IMG/VR virus record: IMGVR_UViG_3300050190_000042
Span: 1-39,828 of that record
DNA from: a virus
Taxonomy: Duplodnaviria > Caudoviricetes
Length of the DNA: 39,828 nt
Strand: one strand, 5' to 3'
Shown here: positions 33,879-39,828 of the stretch, piece by piece
Layout of the letters: every line of letters begins with the position of its first letter
Numbering within the stretch: the first letter of the stretch is position 1
Notes under the pieces: model-generated
Database searches by the model: none
The model's input: the letters and a program-made list of their open reading frames with translations, nothing else
Told to the model about the DNA's origin: nothing
Program-made: the position numbers and the translations under genes

Positions 33879-35729
33879 ATGAACATTTTCAGTCTTTCGG
33901 GTGAGATATTGCTCAAAGATAATGGAGTAAGTTCTAAACTTGATGAAATAGATAAAAAAGGTCAATCTACCAGTAAAAGCATGGGCTTATCTTTTGGCAA
34001 CATAGCGAGTGCAGCCCTAAAGGTCGCTACAGTGCTTGGCTTAGGCATGGGCATAAAGGGTATGGTAGATGCCGCAAGTTTAGCAGAGGATAGGCTTGCT
34101 CAGATGGATGCTGTTTTGAAATCCACCGGCGGCGCGGCTGGTATGACTAAAGATCAGCTGATAGCCTTAGCCGATTCTCAGGGCAAATTGACAACCTTTT
34201 CCAAAGGTGCAAATGAAGAAACCGAAAACCTTTTATTGACATTTACGAGCATTGGTAAGAAAGTATTTCCTGATGCTTTAAAAACTGTAAATGACATGAG
34301 TCAGGCATTAGGGCAAGACACAAAATCATCCGCTATACAACTTGGCAAAGCCTTAAATGACCCTATAAACGGCATGACGGCTTTAAAACGTGTTGGTGTT
34401 AATTTTACAGATTCACAAAAAGAACAAATTAAAACCTTGCAAAAATCGGGTGACCTTATGGGAGCTCAAAAGGTTATCCTTGCCGAATTATCAAAAGAAT
34501 TTGGCGGAAGTGCCGAAGCGGCAGGGAAAACTTTTGGCGGTCAATTAGCAATACTTAAAAATCAAATAACTGGTGTTGGCACTTCGATAATGACAAACGT
34601 AATGCCGTATTTAAGCGGCTTTGTAAAAATGATAACTGACAATATGCCTAAAATAAAACAGACCATAACGGACACTATTAATTTTATAGTTCCTCTATTT
34701 CAGACTTGGATGAAACTTATAGGGCAAATTGTGTCTGAATTATTCCCCAACTTTGGGAAACAAGTGGACGGTGTTAAAGGCAAAGTAAGCGGATTTAAAG
34801 GGGTACTTGATGGCATAACCAATGTTTTAAAGTTTGTGAAAGATAATATAGACCTTGTAAAAGCGGCACTTGTGGCAATAGGTGTTATTTGGGTAATACA
34901 GACAGGCTTTGTAATTGCTCACAATATAGCGCTATTCGCTCATAACGTTGCACATGCAGCCGCAGCGGTGGCGTTAGGAGTAACTACGGCAGCGCAATGG
35001 CTATTTAATGTAGCAATAGGTGCTAATCCTGTAGGTGCGTTAATTCTTATACTTGTCGCTCTTATTGCTATCGTGATTTTGGTTGCCACCCATTGGAAAG
35101 AAGTAAGTGCAGTTATACAAACTGTTTGGAAAGCTATTGTATTTGCATTTGATACGTCAATCAACGCCATAGTCGGATTTTTTAAAGGTCTTTGGGACGG
35201 GATAACAGGTATATTTGGTGCGGTCGGAAAATGGTTCTCAGATATTTTTTCCGGCGCATGGAACGGGATAAAAACAGCGTTTTCGGCAGTAGCCGGATTC
35301 TTTTCGGGTATTTGGGACGGGATAAAAAGCGGTTTTTCTACCGCTGTCAATTTCATGATTAGTGGGCTTAACGGTCTTATAAAAGGCATTTTGCTACCAT
35401 TTAACGTAATTATAAAAGGCCTTGACTTAATCCCAGGCGTAAACATTCCACAACTGTCCTTAACAATCCCCAACATCCCTAAGTTTGAAGTTGGCACCCG
35501 CTATTTACCGGAGGACACACTTATCCAAGCACACAAAGGCGAAATGATAGTGCCGAAGTCCGAAAACCCTTATGCAAACAGCGGGGGAAAGACAATGCCG
35601 CAAAACACAGGCGATATGGTTTTTAACTTCGATATGGGCGGCGGCGTTGTAAAAACAGTCAGGCTCACATCCGAACAGATTGCGGCGCAGCAACGTCAAA
35701 GAACAGGCTTTAAGGCGGTGGTTGCATAA
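33879..35729 (+). CDS. Tape measure protein
   Basis: Ala/Gly-rich helical, LGKALNDP motif, hydrophobic segment, W/F 11-residue repeats. Confidence 0.9.
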   Translation: MNIFSLSGEILLKDNGVSSKLDEIDKKGQSTSKSMGLSFGNIASAALKVATVLGLGMGIKGMVDAASLAEDRLAQMDAVLKSTGGAAGMTKDQLIALADSQGKLTTFSKGANEETENLLLTFTSIGKKVFPDALKTVNDMSQALGQDTKSSAIQLGKALNDPINGMTALKRVGVNFTDSQKEQIKTLQKSGDLMGAQKVILAELSKEFGGSAEAAGKTFGGQLAILKNQITGVGTSIMTNVMPYLSGFVKMITDNMPKIKQTITDTINFIVPLFQTWMKLIGQIVSELFPNFGKQVDGVKGKVSGFKGVLDGITNVLKFVKDNIDLVKAALVAIGVIWVIQTGFVIAHNIALFAHNVAHAAAAVALGVTTAAQWLFNVAIGANPVGALILILVALIAIVILVATHWKEVSAVIQTVWKAIVFAFDTSINAIVGFFKGLWDGITGIFGAVGKWFSDIFSGAWNGIKTAFSAVAGFFSGIWDGIKSGFSTAVNFMISGLNGLIKGILLPFNVIIKGLDLIPGVNIPQLSLTIPNIPKFEVGTRYLPEDTLIQAHKGEMIVPKSENPYANSGGKTMPQNTGDMVFNFDMGGGVVKTVRLTSEQIAAQQRQRTGFKAVVA

Positions 35730-36553
35730 TGTATGGAGTAACTTTTAAAGGACTCACAAGTCAGTCTTTCGGGCTTTCCTTATTATCTGATAACCGCCAA
35801 GTGCTGGCCGATGTTGTTAGACAAACAAAGTTTGTACCAAACTATGGCACGGTGGATTTTGGAAACGATACCTATAATGAAAAAGCCTTGACGGTGACCT
35901 TGACATATTGTGCTTTAACCCTTGAAGCCATGCAGACACAGATGGAGCAGATCGGCGGTTGGCTTTACAATGACGGCTTATATCACGATTTGATTTTTGA
36001 TGATGCACCACTGCGAAAATACAAAGCCAAAGTCACAAGCAAAATCAATCTAAATCAGGGCGATTTAATCGGCGAGCTATCGGTTGAATTTACCTGCAAT
36101 CCTCCATACCCTTTTGCCCTTGACAATTCCACTGTCAGCCCCGCAGATGTAGCGGCTCGCCTCCTTTGGGACAACGCGGCAAATATCGGCGGTATCGAAT
36201 ACATCAAAGATCTCGTCGCTGACGGTGCATTTAAATTCACGGTTGGTGGTACTCATAATGTCCTGCCGAAAATCACTTTGGTTGGCAACATCCCCTCCGG
36301 TCTACAGCTCGCATACAACGGCATGTACTGGCAATATAACGCCGCCCTGCAATACGACGGCATGCTGATTGACTGCGCCGCACAGACCGTTACGCGCCTT
36401 TCAGATGGCGTTAATCTTTATCCGAATGTAGATAGTACAAATAAAACATATTTCTCACTCGAAACAGGTCAGGCCGAGATCGACATAGTCGGAACGGGCG
36501 GCGTTTGGCCGCTTGATTTTATAATGTCAGTCTCGTTTACACCTGTACCTTAG
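35729..36553 (+). CDS. Distal tail protein (Dit)
   Basis: F.G..S..FG...WL...LIFDD.P...Y.A...F.C.P; follows tape measure gene. Confidence 0.75.
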   Translation: MYGVTFKGLTSQSFGLSLLSDNRQVLADVVRQTKFVPNYGTVDFGNDTYNEKALTVTLTYCALTLEAMQTQMEQIGGWLYNDGLYHDLIFDDAPLRKYKAKVTSKINLNQGDLIGELSVEFTCNPPYPFALDNSTVSPADVAARLLWDNAANIGGIEYIKDLVADGAFKFTVGGTHNVLPKITLVGNIPSGLQLAYNGMYWQYNAALQYDGMLIDCAAQTVTRLSDGVNLYPNVDSTNKTYFSLETGQAEIDIVGTGGVWPLDFIMSVSFTPVP

Positions 36554-36563
36554 GAGGTTTTTT

Positions 36564-37979
36564 ATGGGAGCAACAATAACAGTTTTAAATAATGGGCAGC
36601 GCATGGCTACAACAGACCGAGCCTTTGACGACATTGAAACTAAAGAATTAATGCGCGAATGGACGCTTGAATTTAGTGTCACAAACCGTGATAATGCCCG
36701 CCAGTATGTGATTGACCCAGACGCTCAATTTGAAATTGATGGACAGATATTCGACACCAAAAGCTATAAGCAGAGCTCCGGCACGGATAACACAACGTCG
36801 GTCACAGCGTGGCATGTTTTAACCCGCATGAATAATTACATGATACCGGCAGGGTATGCGTTTGTCGGGACTATAGCCGCACTCATCCAGGACATTTTAA
36901 CGCAGTCTGGCGCGTCAGCAGAGTTTACCGTTGGCACCTGCGCGGCTGTGAGCGGTTCCTACAGCCCCGGCAATACTCAGCCTATAAACGCATACTCGGC
37001 GATAATGGGGCTTACAGCGTTGGGCGTAGAGCCGTCGTATGACAACTTTACCATTAATGCGCCGGTTAGGTGGGGTGCAGATACAGGCAAAGTCTTTAAA
37101 TTCGGGCGTGACCTTTGCAGTTTGGAACGCACATATGATAAGACAACGACGCCCGCGGCATATTCATACGGTATAGACATTGCGGATTTGCAGAGAATAT
37201 CGGGCGCGTCAGTTGAATTTGTCGAGGGTGACACGGTAGAAATACAAGACAGTTTAATTGGCGATGCTATAATAGGCCAGAGGATTATATCATACAAAAA
37301 GAGCCGTAGCGACCCCACGCAGGACAAAGTCACGATAGGCAATTTTATATCAGATTTATCCGACAGTTTGACGACCATGCAGGTGGATATATCGGCGACA
37401 ACCGCCGTGTCGAGTAATAGTGTACAGCAGGGGGATAAGTACAGCAACGTCAGCATAGACCATACCAATGGGTTTATGGCGGTAAACGCAGCCGGAACAG
37501 TTGGCGTTAAAATGAATGCCGATAACTGCTTTGCTGTGTACTCAATCAGCGGTGGAGTATGGACGCTAATGAGCGAACTTGATATTAACGGATTACAGGC
37601 AGGAACAATAAGGGCACCGGGGTCGTCCGTTTATGGTGTTATAGGACATGATGCGACTTACGGAGATGGGTTAATTTTGCACGATCCTGATAAAGGACTT
37701 GTATCTACGTTTTACCCGGGGGGATATATTGTCAACCCAAATGGTGATGTATGTTCTTCAAACTTTATCACTTCAGATAGCGTAATTGTAGGCAATAGAT
37801 CACAAACTATTAGGCTACAAATAAGTAATTTATTAGGGGATGCTCAACTTATTTGCGGGAGTAGTTGGTTAACCGTCGATAGCAGTGGGCTACGCTGCTC
37901 AAATGGATATACTACAAATATAGTAGCTGGTTCAAATACATATCATTTTGTACAAGGTATATGTACTGGAATGAATTAA
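36564..37979 (+). CDS. Tail spike / Tal-like baseplate protein
   Basis: Follows Dit; GDTVEI.D...RII...VTIGNF pattern; beta-rich C terminus. Confidence 0.65.
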   Translation: MGATITVLNNGQRMATTDRAFDDIETKELMREWTLEFSVTNRDNARQYVIDPDAQFEIDGQIFDTKSYKQSSGTDNTTSVTAWHVLTRMNNYMIPAGYAFVGTIAALIQDILTQSGASAEFTVGTCAAVSGSYSPGNTQPINAYSAIMGLTALGVEPSYDNFTINAPVRWGADTGKVFKFGRDLCSLERTYDKTTTPAAYSYGIDIADLQRISGASVEFVEGDTVEIQDSLIGDAIIGQRIISYKKSRSDPTQDKVTIGNFISDLSDSLTTMQVDISATTAVSSNSVQQGDKYSNVSIDHTNGFMAVNAAGTVGVKMNADNCFAVYSISGGVWTLMSELDINGLQAGTIRAPGSSVYGVIGHDATYGDGLILHDPDKGLVSTFYPGGYIVNPNGDVCSSNFITSDSVIVGNRSQTIRLQISNLLGDAQLICGSSWLTVDSSGLRCSNGYTTNIVAGSNTYHFVQGICTGMN

Positions 37980-38036
37980 AATTATCTTGACAAATTGAAA
38001 AATGTAGAATATACCATTGTTAAGAGGTGATATATT

Positions 38037-38624
38037 ATGTTTGCTTTTTTAAAAGGCATCGGAGGATATATAGGCGGTACAGTAGTGGGAAAAGTAATTG
38101 TTGTGGCAGTTGCAGCGGGTACTATTGCGACCGGTGGAATAGTTGCGGCAAATCAGCCCCACATGTCCGCTAATGTTGTGGAGAGTGAAAGTATGAGTAT
38201 ATCGGATGTAAGCACAATTCCAAGCAGTTCAACGGCTACGATAGATTCAAGCAGTGCGGTAAGCACGGTAAGTCAAACCAGTAGTGCTGAAACATCGCAA
38301 GCGCAATTAGTCGCAGTCGACTCATCCACAGGTGCAATAGTATTACCTGCACATGGAGCGACGGAAGGTTATTATGCAGTTATAAATCCCGACACTGGGG
38401 ATCCCGTTCCGACGACAGACACAAATTACGTAACCTGCAGAGCCGCGCTTGGTGGCGATGCCGGAACAGTTGACCCTGCAAAATCTACCGCAGTTGCAGC
38501 AGCGATGGCAAAAATAGCAGTGGCAAAAGCGGACGCAGCAAAAGCGGAAATAGCATCGGAAATAGCGAAAGTAGCGGCACAATCCGCAGCACAAGCGGCT
38601 TTGAGTTCATCCACTGCAAACTAA
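38037..38624 (+). CDS. Membrane-anchored or secreted Ser/Thr/Ala-rich protein (moron)
   Basis: N-terminal hydrophobic segment; TTGACA upstream at 37987; own terminator. Confidence 0.65.
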   Translation: MFAFLKGIGGYIGGTVVGKVIVVAVAAGTIATGGIVAANQPHMSANVVESESMSISDVSTIPSSSTATIDSSSAVSTVSQTSSAETSQAQLVAVDSSTGAIVLPAHGATEGYYAVINPDTGDPVPTTDTNYVTCRAALGGDAGTVDPAKSTAVAAAMAKIAVAKADAAKAEIASEIAKVAAQSAAQAALSSSTAN

Positions 38625-38644
38625 AAAATCAAATAGCACTTTTT

Positions 38645-38672
38645 AAGCCTCCCCTAATCGGGAGGTTTTTTC
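38645..38672 (+). terminator. Intrinsic terminator
   Basis: AAGCCTCCC-CTAATC-GGGAGGTT plus T tract. Confidence 0.75.
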
Positions 38673-38698
38673 ATGCCCAAAATTAAGGAGGCGATTTT

Positions 38699-39538
38699 AT
38701 GGCAGTAATTCATCTCGGACTTACAGACCTATTGCCGGATATAGTGGCAAAACAAAACAGTAATAATCTTTATATAGCAAACAACGTTGCTTATGCGCTG
38801 ACAGCAGGGACGGCGGCAGCAGGTTCAACACTTGAAAGCATATTAAAAACAGGGTGGAATTCGATAACTCAAACATTGACTTATTCTGCGGCTGATGTAC
38901 CGACTTTTACAGCAACGACCTCAGCAGACTTGACACCGTTTATATCAGTCGGTATGAAGATAAAACTCACAAATACAACAGTCAAGTATTTTATCGTGAC
39001 CGCAATTACGTCAAGTACCATAACCCTATACGGCGGTACGGATTATGCCCTCACAAATGTTGTAATCAGCGCAGTTTATTACAGCCCTCACAAGTCACCA
39101 TTTGGCTTTCCGCTCAACCCTGCTAAATGGAGTGTAATTGTTACAGATACAACCGCGCCATCTCAGGCATCACCGGTAAGCGGCACTTGGTATAATGTCG
39201 GCGGCACACTCTCACAAATTACGGCACCTATTGGCCTTTGGAGGTTGTCGTATAGTTGTGAGCATTATATACAAATGTCACCGTCAGCGTCTATGATACT
39301 CGAAACAGGTTTATACGATGTAGTTGCCGGTGCCATCGACCCCTCTTTTACTGCGCGGTCAGGTGTGAGTGGTGGAACGCTTTTAATCGACGTAATCTAC
39401 AGGAGCAAAATTATTAATCCCACGGTAAAAAGTTCTTATTATCTGGATATGCGTTCGCAAGTGGCATCCGCAAGTTCAATCGGTAGAAACAGCGTTGAAA
39501 CTCCTACAATTTTAATGGCAGAATGTGCTTATCTATAA
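38699..39538 (+). CDS. Putative tail fibre / receptor-binding protein
   Basis: AAGGAGG RBS; Thr/Ser-rich beta protein, last gene before the lysin. Confidence 0.55.
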   Translation: MAVIHLGLTDLLPDIVAKQNSNNLYIANNVAYALTAGTAAAGSTLESILKTGWNSITQTLTYSAADVPTFTATTSADLTPFISVGMKIKLTNTTVKYFIVTAITSSTITLYGGTDYALTNVVISAVYYSPHKSPFGFPLNPAKWSVIVTDTTAPSQASPVSGTWYNVGGTLSQITAPIGLWRLSYSCEHYIQMSPSASMILETGLYDVVAGAIDPSFTARSGVSGGTLLIDVIYRSKIINPTVKSSYYLDMRSQVASASSIGRNSVETPTILMAECAYL

Positions 39539-39548
39539 AGGAGGACAT

Positions 39549-39828
39549 ATGAACATTAGGGACTTATCGCATCATGACACAGGAGTAAAGTATAGTGCAT
39601 ATGAAGGTTTTATTGTTAAGGCAACGGAGGGCGTTAATTATGTTGACCCTGCGCTTGACAGTCATATCGCAGGGATAAGAGCGGCAGGAAAGCCTTTTGG
39701 ATTGTATCATTTTGTGTCAATTTCAAGTGACCGTGTTCAACAGGCAAATGATTTTAAAGCACAGCTCGCAAGGTTCCCCGATGCTGCATTTAGACCGGTA
39801 ATAGATTCGGAAACAAATTGCGATGATA
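39549..39828 (+). CDS. Endolysin, GH25 muramidase, 5' part (wraps round to position 758)
   Basis: AAGGAGG RBS, ATG 39549; MNIRDLSHHD...IVKATEG...GLYHF are GH25 motifs. Confidence 0.9.
   Translation, partial: MNIRDLSHHDTGVKYSAYEGFIVKATEGVNYVDPALDSHIAGIRAAGKPFGLYHFVSISSDRVQQANDFKAQLARFPDAAFRPVIDSETNCDD
39607..39828. repeat. Terminal direct repeat, right copy
   Basis: Matches 1-222; implies a 39,606-bp unit genome. Confidence 0.95.

Larger units (their letters stand above)
1..39828. mobile_element. Temperate siphovirus-like phage genome, probably Clostridia host
   Basis: Full set of modules: integrase, CI/Cro, replication, terminase, portal, capsid, tail, lysis; circular overlap. Confidence 0.95.

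Noticed and set aside
34940-35497. 185-aa minus-strand ORF and similar antisense ORFs (8292-8666, 20064-20576, 36977-37468)
   Set aside because: Shadows of well-supported plus-strand genes with no RBS or motifs
38699-39538. Diversity-generating retroelement target in the tail fibre
   Set aside because: No reverse transcriptase and no template repeat seen; the 46-bp duplication elsewhere shows no adenine-specific variation

Overview
The window is an apparently complete temperate siphophage genome of about 39.6 kb, opened inside the endolysin gene: bases 1-222 recur at 39607-39828 with one mismatch. Strong AAGGAGG RBSs, consensus sigma-A promoters, an SPP1-like portal and MuF, and a GH25 lysin suggest a Firmicute (probably Clostridia) host; the host is an inference. 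Gene order: lysis; PemK/MazF-like moron; attP-like region; tyrosine integrase; CI/Cro switch; Rha; Sak4-like ATPase and SSB; radical SAM; replication initiator and DnaC-like loader; PAPS-reductase-like protein; RusA; a first minus-strand accessory cassette; ArpU-like activator; terminases; portal; a second minus-strand cassette; MuF fused to an ADP-ribosyltransferase; head and tail genes. The most notable signal is in the second cassette. A perfect TTGACA-17-TATAAT promoter starts transcription at a solitary type I-C-like CRISPR repeat (GTCGCTTGAAAAAAGCGTGGATTGAAAC), followed by a spacer-length 34-37 nt segment and a terminator hairpin. This crRNA-like unit (candidate RNA anti-CRISPR or mini-guide) lies just downstream of two small unknown ORFs and a ribbon-helix-helix regulator, an acr-aca-like layout. 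One of those ORFs shares a 46-bp identical segment with a gene in the first cassette. All product calls are by motif recognition, not database search.
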